Assembly: GCF_001194135.2 (NCBI RefSeq)
Contig: NC_068985.1
Location: forward strand, 77,569,726-77,633,725
Length of the DNA stretch: 64,000 nt
Direction of reading: 5' to 3'
From: Octopus bimaculoides
Lineage: Eukaryota
The notes beneath the pieces were generated by a model. The model had not been told where the DNA came from and made no database searches. It was given only the letters and a program-made list of their open reading frames with translations. The translations under genes were made by a program, and so were the position numbers. Numbering within the stretch: position 1 is the first letter of the stretch; each line of letters opens with the position of its first letter. Of this stretch, positions 23,505 to 37,341 are shown piece after piece.

Positions 23505-24115
23505 TAAAGCAAGCTGGTTGAATCATTAGCATGCTGGACAAAATGTTCAGCAGTCTTTCATCATCTTTACATTCTGAATTCAAATACTGCTGAGGTCGAC
23601 TTTGTTTTTCAGCCTTTTGGGGTTGAGAAAATAAATACCAGTTAAGCACAGAGGTCAATATAATCAACTTTCCAATACCTCAAAAATTGCTGGCCTTGTG
23701 CTGAAATAAGAAAGGATTATTATTATTGGAAGGGAGTACCATTAATTGTCTATCTTCTAAATTTGTGTCCTACCAAGATTAACTTTGCCTTCATCATTCT
23801 GGGATTGATAAAATGCAGTGCCGGTAGTTGATTTAATCTACAAAATTTCTGCTCTTATGTCTATAGTAGAAAGGACAACTATTACAACGAAGGCAAGGAA
23901 TTAGCAGAATTGGTACTGCATCAGACAAATATGCTTTCCATTATTTCATTGACTCTTTACTGTCTGAGTTCAAATCCTGCTGAAGTCAAATTTGCTTTTC
24001 ATCTTGCTAGAGGCAATGTAATAAATATCTGTTGAATACCAGTAGTGATTTAATCAACTGTCCTTCCTCAAAATTTTGGCCTTCTTCCTATGTTAGAAAT
24101 CATTATTATTATTGT
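23505..24115 (+). mobile_element. Cluster of family A SINE copies (~23505-23725, partial ~23770-23880, ~23888-24115)
   Basis: Repeated family A head/body motifs separated by (ATT) tails. Confidence 0.7.
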
Positions 24116-26253
24116 TCTTTCAACAATAAAGTTAAGCAAAACAAATGAATTCAGGAAACTAAATGCATCACTGTATTTAGTTTACAGCTTCTTGGTTTCT
24201 AATTTTCATTCTTGTAGCTTCATTAATAAATGTACCAGTAATATACTGTGGAACACATGATTTTCAAGTCTATTATTTAGATTTCCACCCACAGACATTG
24301 GCCTAGTGCCCATTCTGTTTTTTTTTTTTTTGGGGGGGGGGTCCCCCACCTCTCTTTTTCTAACCAGACCGTGTAGATAATGAGGTGTCTCACTTATTGA
24401 TTGCAGTCTAATTTTCTAATTTCACCATCTTGTTCTTACATAGGATACACTATTCTAAGATTTACTACTTTAACATGCAATCTCTGTTTTAAAGCTAGCA
24501 AAAGATTTGCCGACCGCATCGACTTCTTGATTGGTTTATGTATTCAAACTGAAACAAGCTGAAATCTAGTAGCATCTCCCACTACACTTCACTAGCTTCA
24601 GCTGTTCGATTCATCATCATCATTATCAGTATCATTTTTTTTTTGAACAACCATGGTTTGGATGTGTCTGCCATATAGTATGTAGCTATGTATCTCAGTA
24701 TTTTGAACTCAAGCAAAGCTGAAAGTTAACATCACTCACTTCTCAGATCTTCTTTCTTGTTCTGCTGCTCTCAGTACATTTTTTTTTTTTTTTGCCCAGC
24801 ACTCATCATCATTCATTTATATTATACCAATTCAATTCTCTCTCCTGCCACACATCAGCCAACATGTTTGATATTCAGTCATTCAGTTCAACTATGTTCC
24901 ACATAACTGCCCCACCCCACCCATTCTTTTCACAGTCATTGTCACTTGGCCTGCTCAATATCCTGCTCCAGTCTTTGATAGATTTAACATGAGCGATTTT
25001 GCTTAGCTTAATTATTTTTTGTGATATATATTCCCTTGAAGTTATCTCCCCTTTTCTTCAATAATCCCTTACAATTTCCACTAGGCTTTTTGTCTCCAAC
25101 TAAAAGGAGCACACAAGTTTCCTACTAAAACCCACTTTTTGTAATTATGCAAATTATACTAGCCAATATTTCTGCTTGTAAAAAAAATCTTTGTCCACTG
25201 GTCAATGCAGGCTTAAGAAAACAGTTTTCCTGATGAGGCTTAATAAAGCAAAAATATGTCTATAAATAACAAAGAACAAATTTTTTTTCCTAATCAAGAA
25301 AACTTCAAAGTTTTTCTTTGAATTTAATTCCTAATTTCTTGGAATTACTCCCATCTCTTTCTTTTTAAGCGTTACTAATAATTTCCATTACATTTTTGTT
25401 TTCTTTCTTCAACTAAGAAGCAAACTTCAAATTGTAGAAACTTATGTGCACTCATCATTCAGTACCTCCGCATCTACCTGAATTACTGATACATGATGCA
25501 TTTATCTCTCTAGTTACAGTTAAAAAGATGTAATATTTTGAACTCCAGAGTACCTCAACTATGTGTATATATGTTAGATAGTTATTTATATTAATTTCAG
25601 ATATATCAGTAATGTCAGTATGTTAATTAAACATGTATGTAGATTAGGTTTACTAATTTGTGTTTGATCACTTGGAGTGTCAATGTTTTGCTGGAAGCTA
25701 TATTCATTATATAACACTTTATTGTTGACCCAGACTATATTATTAGTTGGATTACATAAAGATATAGATGTTCATGAATAAAGTAAAAAAAAAGTAACAA
25801 AAAAGATAATTAAAAACAACAAAATTTTGTTAAAGGTACAACAGGTGCAGAGCATGCAACATCTGCAAAATAAGTCTGTCGGCACCTCTCTCTCATTTCA
25901 TAGCAAACCAGTAAAAGTACATGTAGAATATTGTATAAAATATCAGTCTTAAAAACTGACTGACTAGCTAATTATTTTTAGCATGGCTGACATAATGAAC
26001 TGTTGCTCTAACTACTCTTCTGCAGTTATTTCAGCAGAACTGAGAAGTTAAGAAAGTAGGCAGGCTGATACTGAATCCTATTTGTTCTTTGCTCTCTTTT
26101 TTTCTTCTTCTGTATGTATGTCGTATTTTAAACCCCTGTTATTTACCTGACTATTAACTTGGATGGGAAGTGTGAAGAAAGTGGAGTTTCACGAGTTGAA
26201 TTTTCTCTGGTTATTTAGGTATTGTAATATAGCATCTAAGTTTTTTTTTAGTA

Positions 26254-26298
<45 letters not shown>

Positions 26299-28429
26299 TA
26301 AATAACAGAAATAATTTGATGGAATTTTATTTAACAATGAGAAAATTCTAATATGACAAATTGTTTCGTAACTTAAAAACATGTAACTGATTTATAGCAT
26401 TATATTTAATAATAAATAAATTACTTACATGTCTGCATTAATGTAAAATGCAAAAAAATCCTTCATAATAAGTTACACTATTGATAGCTATCTTGGAGTA
26501 AATAGGATGAATTTTGTACTACTTCAACTTGTGTTACTTAGTCCAGGTGATATTCATATTCTCATATTTTACAAGTTGCTAGGCAACTCTTCAGATGTTG
26601 TTACTCAGAAGTAAGGCTTTGAAATCGGTGTCAAGTATTTTTGTCAAAGGATGAACAAACAACTAAGTCAAAAGAGTACAATTACAGTACCACACAAACA
26701 GCCAAACAATTGCATCCTGTTAATGACTCTACATCACTGGCCTTGTCTAGTGGTTCTCCAAATGACCAGTACTAGCAACCTGCATGGAGCAGACAGAATT
26801 CGTTGAGGTAGATGTTCTATGACTGGATGTCATTCTCATTGCCAAGTCTCATCTGTTTCCAAGCAAGATATTTTCCCTTAGCTAGAGGTGTTTTTCTTAA
26901 AAGTCTGCATACAAACAAGTTCACATGCATGACATCGTGTAATGTCTAGCCAAGAGTACCCACAAGCACATACACATCTTAATTTTATTACATGTGGCAA
27001 TTTGTCCACTCTCTTTTCAACCTGCATAGGCTCTGCCAATGAGGTCAACCAGTACTCCATGAGAAATAGTAGCTTAGTCTACCTAGCTTGTAAGTAAATA
27101 CTGTAAGATTGCATGTCATTCACAAATGGTGATCTTTTTATCCCAGGTCATCCCTAATTGGTTCAAAGACAGCCATGATAGACCATTGTTTTTGTGCATC
27201 GTTATTCCATGCCTCTTCATTTATTTAAGAGGATATGTGATTTGAAGCTTCTAGCAGGATCAATTGACTGCATAAAGGCTTCCACTTTTGTTATGGCAGG
27301 AAGTTGAAACTGACATGTTATTGGATTGTAATGAGTTGTTATCCCTCTAGCAGGGAAAAAAAAAAATCTCCCTTAACTACACCAAAGTTCTGTCCAAAAG
27401 AACATTGATCTCTTCTTTTTAATAGTGTAGAAAGTGGAGTTCTATGCATAATTCATTCAAATCAGAAAAAGTTATATATATATATATATAAAATGTTAAT
27501 ATTCTTCATTATTATTAAAGCTGCAAAAACATCACAAATGAAGCATATTACTATGCCTCTGGTATTCTAGTACTATTTTTACCCCACCTTGTTTCACATT
27601 TATGTGCTTACTTTGGTATATAAAATATTATCAAGATTGTCCTAAAACTTACAAGATATATCATGTGAAAGCTTTAAGTGTTTGGTCTATTTACATACTG
27701 TAACACATCCAAAGAATGTCTCCCAAAACATTCATTTCCTCAATTATGCCTTCAGATCATGATATTGAAGTAAGTGAATGGGCTATAGGTATTATTACAC
27801 ATTTCCATATATTATGGCATGTATTATACAACACTGTATAAATTGCATAATCTTGAATGAGATATGGAATGAAAATATCATCTGTTTACACAAACAATTG
27901 TCAATTTGACTTCTTTTCTCATTTAAATTATTACTTTTATCATTCACCCTGCAGGTTTTATTTAAAGCCTACTGGATCTTATTTTGGAATTGTGTAGAGC
28001 GCCCATATATATATATCAGTCAAAGTCTTATGGATCTCCTTTTAATTTTGGAATACTACACTGGCGAGGATCCTGTATAATGTGCTAATGAGGTGATAGC
28101 CAGAGTTACAATTATTCCTTCTGTCTGTCTGTCTGTCTGTCTATATAGTAATTGAAGTGTACCATATTATATATCCATTATGGTCAATCTTATCAATCAG
28201 TTTTCCACTAGGGGTTCAACAAAGTGTTAGGTAACACTCTGATTATGTAACAACCCTGCGCTCATCAGAGATAACTGTTATGGAATTTATATGTATATAT
28301 GAACATTTATATATGGAATGTGTGTGTGTTTATATGTGTATATATATATATAAAGATATAGTCTGACATGGAACAATAAAAATTGAAATAAAAGACATTC
28401 TATTGTAAAAATTGCCTAGGAATGATGGG

Positions 28430-28464
<35 letters not shown>

Positions 28465-28529
28465 CATGGTATCAGCCAGATTATCAGATGTTAGAAATCG
28501 TTGTTCACAATGTGCTTCACATTGTCTTG

Positions 28530-28752
28530 GCTTTCAAATAATGTTACCCCATTGGCTCTGTGAGGAGCCCAACATTCCCTCTGATCGGAAGGCTATTCTA
28601 TTGCAGGGTTACCCATTTACAGTTGAGTGGACTGGAATAATGTGAAGTGCAGTGTTTTGCTCAAGAACACAACATGCCACCTAGCCCAGGAATCAAACCA
28701 ACGACTAGTGATTGTGAGTGCAACACCCTAAGCACCAGGCTGCATGCCTTCT
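28530..28752 (-). mobile_element. tRNA-derived SINE with V/Meta-like central domain
   Basis: Minus strand: tRNA-like head, then cttgagcaaaacac...ttccagtccactcaactgtaaatgggtaaccctgc. Confidence 0.55.
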
Positions 28753-28914
28753 CACAAGCACACACACATGTACTTAGGCAAAAGCATAGCTTTATGGTTA
28801 AGAAGTCTGTTATGGTTTTAGGTTTAGTCTCATGGAACAGCACCTTGGACAAGTGTTTTCTGCTATACCGTAAGTGAATTTGACAGGTGGAAAGTGAAAG
28901 TATCTAGTCTTCTT

Positions 28915-28918
<4 letters not shown>

Positions 28919-28992
<74 letters not shown>
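28919..28992. repeat. (CT)n microsatellite
   Basis: Pure dinucleotide run. Other long runs include (CA)n 42861-42960 and (TA)n 196-245 and 19005-19055. Confidence 0.95.
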
Positions 28993-28995
<3 letters not shown>

Positions 28996-31304
28996 ATGTC
29001 ACAGATCCACATGGGTGAATTGGTGAATGTTATTCACACACCTTGTCAGTATTATTATCAGTTTTTTTTGTGTTTTTGAAGACTTATGAAAGCAAAAAAG
29101 AAAATCTTCACTTGAGAAACAGGTACGGTGTGGCAACAGGCAAATTATCCTTTTGTAAAATCATATCTCAAATATGTCCTTGCCCAAGCCATACAAGTAA
29201 GTATTGAATAAAATGGTATTAAATGAAGGTTAAAAAAAACCCCAACAAATGCTTAGTTTCATTCACAATACTAGCATGGAAGATAATCGTTCAAAGTGCC
29301 ATGGAGTGAGAGCAAGACCAGGGTCTCATGACCATGAATCAAACTTAACCATCAAGCCAATCCTGTATATGGAGATATGCACACACATCATCATTATTCA
29401 ACAGATATGTTCCATACTGGCATGGGTTGGACAGTTTGGCAGGAATTGATGTGTCCAAGGACTGCATCAAGCTTCAATAGCTGTTTTAGCACGGTTTTTT
29501 ATGGCTGGATGCCCTTCCTAAGGGTAACTACCTTACAGTATGGACTGGGTGCTTTTTTCATGCCATCTGCTGTATTGAGGTTGCCCACTATACAATTTCT
29601 GTTTACAAATTTCACTCACATGGCTTGATCAGCTCTAGATAATTAGTAAACGACATTTATCCAAAGTGTCACACAATGAGTTGGAACCGAAGATCATGTA
29701 GTTATAGTTTGAACATCATAACCAGACATCCATACCTGGATCAATTTATAACCACTTATCCATGCCTGCATCTGTTCAAAATCACAGTTTTTTATAGAAA
29801 TATTAGGAACATTTGAAAAATCTTTTCTCTTGATGTATTGAAGCCATTTTTAGTATTAACAATTTAAAGTATAGAGTATGTGTTGTAGACTGGAGGCAAG
29901 ATTGTCTTATTACATGAATGTTTGGACAGAATGAGAATCTATTCAACAAGGGTTGTAAATTGTATTTGATTGCTTTCAGTGTTGTTGTTGCTACTGTTTT
30001 TCTCCTTTTACTTTTTAAAACTTCCCTATAATTTCCTGCTTTGTTCATTAAAAATTCTTTGAACATTGGTGAGGGTGAGGAAGAATCAAGTCAATTTGTC
30101 TGGGAATCTTTGTAAATTTTCATCTACAACTAAAGCTTTTTGAATTTCTTGGTTGGTTTTATATGTTTTTCTTGTGTGTGTGTTCATTTACTCTTCTAGA
30201 TGGATAGTGAAAGCAGAAAAAAGAATTTCAAACTGGAAGCTATTTCATGTATGTGCCTGTATGTATGTATTATGAGTGTGTACATGGTATGCAACTGTTT
30301 TAAAAATTTCAGAGTTAACTGCAATTTGTTTAAGGAAATTGTTAAAGCTGGCTATTTAATGTTATTTCAACGTATCATTAGTGTTTAAGTATTGCATCGG
30401 CGCCAGAAAATTGTGTTTTACTGCCAAATAATCCTTTGGCCTTCCAAGGAAAATGGATATTAAAAAAATCCCACTTCTCAAATATATTCAGTGTTTATTA
30501 ATCTTCACATTGTTGGCCAATTAATGTAACTGCAAACTCAATAAAAAATAAATACATCTCTACAGGAATAAAAAAAAATCAAAATTAATTTCATTTTTTT
30601 AATAATTATATTACATAGTCTTTATATTGCTGTTGCATTTATAAATATGTGTTTTATTCCCTGGAAGTTGACATTAATATTTGTATAGACAGTGGCTATA
30701 AAGAATTCAAAAGTAAATACTTGTACAAATTTTATTGACAAAGTATTGTTATATTTTATTATTATTATTATTGTTGTTGTTGCTGTTGTTATCAATAATA
30801 ATAATAATAATAAAAGTGATGTTTTCTTTTCGGTTTAGAAGTTAAAGCCTGTCTTTAGTTGAATGGTATGCATTTAAAATGAACACAGTTTCGGTCTTGT
30901 ACTACAGTAATGTGAGAAGGAAATGCTCATTTTACAAATAGATACCCAAGGTAATTAGAATAATGTGCATTGCATAGAGTCTAGTAGCAAAGCATTTGCC
31001 AGTAGCTAGACTTTATTTCACTACAGAGTTGGCTGGTCTGGTACTTCAGCCCATTTACTTCTTTACATGTCCACCCAACTCTAGCAACCACAATAAGCAC
31101 TACTACATCAAGTCCTTCCTCCTCAGGATCTCCCCTCCCCCCCAGAACCCCCTCTTTGCTCATGCCTTTTTTTGTGAGTATTGATTTGTAAACATTTTAA
31201 ACAGAACATTAATGTTATCAATCTGATCACTCTTTAGAGTACTTGGGTAATGGACACAGCCCCTTCAGGTTCTGCAAGCAAAAGAGAAAAGAAAAAAAAA
31301 AGCA

Positions 31305-31640
31305 TCAAACTAGGTGCAAGTGTGGCTTTGTGATGAGAGGCTTGTTTCCCAACCGCATGGTTCTGGGTTCAGTCCCATTGTGTGTGGATTTGGTTGGCAG
31401 AAACTGAAGGAAGCTTGTTGTGTGTGTGTGTGTGTGTGTGTGTTCGTGTCCCCCCTCGGCCACCACTTGACAACTGGTGTTTATGTCCCCATAACTTAGT
31501 GGTCCATCAAAAGAGACTGATAGAATAAGTAAGAGGCTTAAAAACATAAGTCCTGGGGTTGAGTTGTTCAACTTAAACTCTTCAAGGCGGTGCCCTAGTA
31601 TGGCCGCAGTCAAATGACTGAAACAAGGAAAAGATAAAAT
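31305..31640 (+). mobile_element. Family O SINE
   Basis: Similar to 18866-19269, with an internal (GT)n. Confidence 0.75.
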
Positions 31641-33052
31641 AACTAGTAACTACTCATGTAAGAGAAGACTAATGGTGCTTTTTTTGTTTTTGAAGAAGGG
31701 ATAATGTAAAGTATTTGTTGATGCCCTCAAATTGTCTTAGCAGAAAAAACAATAGATTGACAGAATCATCAGAGTGTTCGACAAAATGCTTTGTGGTATT
31801 TGTTTCAATATCTTATATACTGAGTTCAAATCCTCCTCAAGTTAACTTTGTTTTACATCCTCCCAGGGTTAAGTACCAGTTATATAATAGATGTTCATTT
31901 TATTTACAAATCCTACCTCCAACAAACTTTTGACTTTGTGCCTGTATAAGAAATTATTATTTATCTAATTGTATTTTAATTTTTCGCAATTACATCATTT
32001 AACCTTTAGACATTTAAACCATCCATATCCAGCTCAACATGTTCCGTGTTCAAACTGGCCAAACATAGCCTGACCCTCAGCCTAACCCGAGCTCAGGTAA
32101 AGCTGACCGCAGTTGCAGATCTTAGTGGTAGTAGCAAATATTCAAACACACATCTTTCCAAAAAGAAACAATCACATTGTTGAAATCTTGAAGCTACAAG
32201 ATAAAACTGTGAATAAATGGGCATTACATTTGACAGAGTAATTTCAAAGTTGAAGAATTAAATCTTTTCTTTCCTCCTAGAATATTATACATCACTTATT
32301 AAAACCTGAACTTATGTGGGGAGGCCCCTGTAGATTTCCAGATGGTCATTTTAATTTCTGTGTTAGTTATTAATAATGGTCAGATATTTTAGAAGTTTCA
32401 ACAAATAAATTACTTATAGAAAGAGGAAAGCAGACAAAACCAAGCATAAATGATGATCTCCTTGAACTTCAGAATTATAGAATAAAGAATTGTGCTGAGA
32501 ATATAGGAAATGTACTTATTTACATGTACTATGGAATAATTATTCAGCAATGAAAACTATAGAAGTATTATTCAATAAAGGAAGGAAAAAAAATGATATC
32601 AAATTGTTGAAAATATTGTAATTGTATATTTTGAAATGTTTCATTTTTGGATAATCTTTTGAAGTTGTAGCTGTTTGTTTGTTTGTTTGTTCCAAAAAGA
32701 AAAGAACTACCTTCCAATGGACTGCTTTTTTGACTCATTATTTATATGTTCGAGAAAGAGACCTTTCTGTCTGAAAGTATTGGCAGAATTCCATCTATCT
32801 AACTCCCTTTCATCTCATAGTTGTGATGCTCGTTTGCTGTCATTAAAGAACACCAAAATGTTTCAGCAAATGTTAAGGTACAGCTATTACATGGAAAGCA
32901 GAACAACAACAAACTATAAAAACAACCTTCTTTGAATTTCTAGTTAGTTGCACTATCTGCTCACCAGACTGTGACGTCATTCATCACTAGCAAGTTCTTA
33001 AGATTTTTTTTTTTCTTTTTTCCTTGAAGCTTACCTTATCTGGAAGAATGGT

Positions 33053-33262
33053 TTAACGCTGTCGTTACACTGCCTTTGTTTCTGTTAATTTCGATAATGG
33101 TAAAAAGTTTAATAAGATAATTCTGTTAAAATAGTGCTTGGAACATGAATTGACAAGAAATTCTATTGGAAAGTCTTCTAGATCACTCTAAAACAAAAAG
33201 TTTATACCATAGAACCCGAGGCAATGCAGCGATCTCAGGTGGATTGTTATCAAAAGGGTTAA
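33053..33262. mobile_element. piggyBac-type MITE, family E
   Basis: Ends ...tcaaaaggg-TTAA with a degenerate left end; body shared with 37115-37341 and ~40085-40262. Confidence 0.6.
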
Positions 33263-34016
33263 ACTGCTTAGGGAATACCCCTCCCCTCACACACACACAC
33301 ACAAAGAAGAAACTTATTTACTTGCTGAAGTTATCTCCTTATTTTAGTTGTGTAGAAAAAAAGTATTGAGCCATCAGTTTATCAAGCATAAGTTCACATT
33401 CCATAGCAAATGTAGTGTTTCGGTATGTATAATTTGGATTCTGCACACCAGAATCAATGTGGTCAAGTAAGTACAGTATTGAACTTTTCTACTTATCAAG
33501 GAATTAGGAATTCAAATCCCCTGTTGGCTTTTTATTTATTTATTTATTTGGACAAAAAAATGTCATACTTAATATCTTCCATTCTTAAAGGTTGATGTTG
33601 CTCTTCTTAAAAGTGGTCTTCAAATCGTCTTTGAGCTGACTTTTTTTTCCCCTGCTAGCTAGAACAGTCAAGGATCCTGTAGGGGACGTGCAAGTCAATC
33701 ATGTTCACAACATGTCTGGGCCATCTCAGTTGATAACTGCATAATTTGTGTTCAAAACAGGTTCTTGTATATGTAATCCTACCCAACCAGTTGACTGAAA
33801 AGGTCTTCCAGATATAATATTAAAGGCCTTTTGGTTCTTATTTAGTGTATCACCTTTATATTTTTTGATCAATGTCTCATTCCTATGCTAGAGACTGAAA
33901 ATATTGACAGCTTTGCAGAATAGGATTTTGGTATGTAAGTTAAGGTGGTTGACAAAATACCCTGTAGTATTTTGTTATATCTCTTTATGTTGTGAGTTCA
34001 AATCCTGCCAGTTCTA

Positions 34017-35231
34017 TTGTCATCCCATAAATAATGCGTTTTTTTCAATTACATGACCTAAAAGTCAGAGGGGGAACAGGATCAACTACCTGCATCAACT
34101 TGCTATAAAAGAAGGTAGTAATTTTACCTTGTCTGTATTCTTAGTGCAAGTTTTAAAGAGTGCAGTTCAATTTTAACAGTTATTTTTTCAAAGCTATAAT
34201 GGAAGTGACAAAAGCTATAATGGAATATTTGGCATATTTCGCTTTATGAGTTAAGTAAAGGCAACAACGCAACGGAAAGTGTGAGGAATATTAATGTAGT
34301 ATCTGAGGATTGGACAATAAGCATAAGCCAGTGTCAATAGTGGTTTCAGAAATTCTGAGCCAGAAACTACAGCTTAGAAGACAAGCCTCATCTTGGAAGA
34401 TTTGTAGAGCTCAACGAGGACGTCCTGCAAACCCTGGTGGAACAAAATCCCATTGTAACTGTTGAGGAACTAACAGAGGAGCTTGGATTTGGTCATTCAA
34501 GCATTCATTGACACCTGCATGCCATCGGAAAAGTCATCAAGTTGGGTCAATGGGTTCCTCACAAACTTTCCGAGTCTAATTGTGTGCAGAGAGTGAATGT
34601 GTGCTCTTCTTTGCTGTCACGTCTCACGAATGAACCTTTTTTGTCAAATGCCGAAGTCATTGGTTAGGGAAAGGAGAAAGACCGGTACCCCAGGCTAAAA
34701 GAAGTCTTCACCCATGTAAGGTGTTGTTATCTGTTTGGTGGGTTATGAAAGGTTTAGTCCACTTTAAACTTTTAAACTCAAATGATAACAAAGGAGATCT
34801 ACTGCTATAGCAGCTTGAGCAGCTTAAGTCAGTGCTAGAAGAAAAACAACCATCTTTGTTTTCAAGGCAAAAGGTGTTCTTCCATCAGGATAATGCTTAG
34901 CCACATACAGCAAGGATGACATTCGAAAGGCTGGAGGAGTTTGAATGGGAAACGATATTTGTCAGATATTGCCCCATTTATTCTGCAATCTTCAAAATCA
35001 TTTGGACGGACAAAAGATGAATTTTGTAGACGAGGTCAGAACAGTACTGGAAGAGTATTTTTTGTCACAGATAAGTGAATTTTGGAAGAGTGCCCTTGCA
35101 AGTCTACCAGATAGATGTAAGAGCATTGTAGAAAATGGAGAGTATATTTTAGTTTAAAAACAGAACTTTATCTTGATTTTGAATAATAAAAGAAGTATTA
35201 AAAAAAACACGTTATTTATGGGATGACACAA
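34017..35231 (+). mobile_element. mariner transposon, second copy of the same family, pseudogenised
   Basis: TA-ttgtcatcccataaataatgcg ... cacgttatttatgggatgacacaa-TA; collinear with 13573-14841. Lacks the segment encoding the first catalytic Asp. Confidence 0.92.
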
Positions 35232-35944
35232 TACCTATATATTATATATCAGAAGAGATTCTCTCTCTTTTAATGGTAAATCNNNNNNNNNNNNNNNNNN
35301 NNNNNNNNNNNNNNNNNNNNNNNNNNNNNNNNNNNNNNNNNNNNNNNNNNNNNNNNNNNNNNNNNNNNNNNNNNNNNNNNNNNNNNNNNNNNNNNNNNNN
35401 NNNNNNNNNNNNNNNNNNNNNNNNNNNNNNNNNNNNNNNNNNNNNNNNNNNNNNNNNNNNNNNNNNNNNNNNNNNNNNNNNNNNNNNNNNNNNNNNNNNN
35501 NNNNNNNNNNNNNNNNNNNNNNNNNNNNNNNNNNNNNNNNNNNNNNNNNNNNNNNNNNNNNNNNNNNNNNNNNNNNNNNNNNNNNNNNNNNNNNNNNNNN
35601 NNNNNNNNNNNNNNNNNNNNNNNNNNNNNNNNNNNNNNNNNNNNNNNNNNNNNNNNNNNNNNNNNNNNNNNNNNNNNNNNNNNNNNNNNNNNNNNNNNNN
35701 NNNNNNNNNNNNNNNNNNNNNNNNNNNNNNNNNNNNNNNNNNNNNNNNNNNNNNNNNNNNNNNNNACAGAGTGTGACGACCCATCTAACAGCCCATGCCA
35801 GCACAGGAAATAGGCATAAAATGATGATGAAATGATGATAGTGATTAGTGTATGAAAATTCCTTCTTTAAAGTAACGAAATGAAACAAAAAGAAAAAAGA
35901 AAAAAATACAGTATGATAACGAGCAGAAAAAAGTGTGACCTCTC

Positions 35945-35986
<42 letters not shown>

Positions 35987-37114
35987 GCAAATAACTGATA
36001 AAAGTCAGGGTACATTGTTTTTATAAAATACTCATGTATACACACACACAATACAATACAATACAATATGTCAGAAACATTTATACATCAATAGATATTG
36101 ATCGCAATATCTATTGGAAATATTTCCTTCTTGCTATTGTGTGATAGTTTCTGACTCAACATTCATTGAAAGCAAAACAACCACATAATCCCATCCTCCA
36201 CACATACACCTCAAAATATATCCCTCTGCCTCTTTACCCTTAGGAGTGAAACTTCATCTTGTGGCAGAGGGCATTCTCCTTCATCTCTCCTCCATTCCCC
36301 AATCTTTTTCCTCTTTCTTTTTGTATCTGATACTCCTCTGTTCTAGTGCATTCTACTAGATTGAACTCACTGATCCACTCTCCAACCAACCATCCGTCCA
36401 ACCATGTGTGCAATCAGTTGATTTGATACCATACAGTTTTTATGCTTCATTGCACAGCATTTCTAACACCAGCCAAGTACAGAGACAACAAAAAAAGTTT
36501 CCATGACTAATAGAAAGTTGAGGAGGAAGCAATGCTTTAGAATGGGGGGGATTGTAGTGTGTGAGAGAGGGAGAGAGAGGAGAAAGCACATTCCTCTCTG
36601 CTTCGTGATGTATTGTTAAATTCGCTTTAATAAACATAAGCATTGTTGCCTCACCAAGAACTTGGTCTCTCAATTTACCTCTTTTGTTGATGTTCTTAGC
36701 AATAACACCTGTTAAATAATCATGTCTAGTCTCTTGTTTAATTGGAGCTAAGAAACTTCTTTTATTTGATTATTTATTTGTCTATTTATTTATTTAATTT
36801 ATTCTGAATTTGGAAATGTTGCAAATGAGAAATGTGTACTGAATTAGTTTTACTATTTTAAAGGTTTCTTCATTCACTGTTATTACTCCTGTTTTTGTGA
36901 TGATTCTCTAGTATCTAGATCACCACCACCATCATCATTGCAATAGGAATTTGACTAAACATCAGAGTTCTGTGTTCCATTCTTGCCAATGTCTGTTTTA
37001 ACCTTCAATTTTTTTTCTGTGTGGTAGTAAGGTAATCCCAGCAGTATACTGGATTTAAATAATTTGACAATACCACTCCCATGAAAGTAATCAACTTTGT
37101 GGCTGCTTCTTCCC

Positions 37115-37341
37115 TTAACCCTTTCATTAAAATATTTCTGCTGAAATACACTGCTTTTGTTTCTGTTAATTTCAAAAATAATTAAGAATTTCATAAAAAT
37201 AACTATCATTAAGTCAGTGTTTGGAACATAAATTAACATGAAATTTTAATGGAAGCTTTTAATTTAGATCACTTTTAAACGGGAATTTTGTATCAAAGGA
37301 CCAAGGGCAGTCTGAAATGAGTTGGTACCCAAAAGGTTTAA
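37115..37341. mobile_element. piggyBac-type MITE, family E
   Basis: TTAA-CCCTTT ... AAAAGGT-TTAA. Confidence 0.65.

Noticed and set aside
26163-26224. MGSVKK... mini-ORF ending at TAG|GTATTG as an alternative first exon
   Set aside because: Phase 2 and a weak donor; joining it to 30200 or 47791 gives stops or a frameshift.
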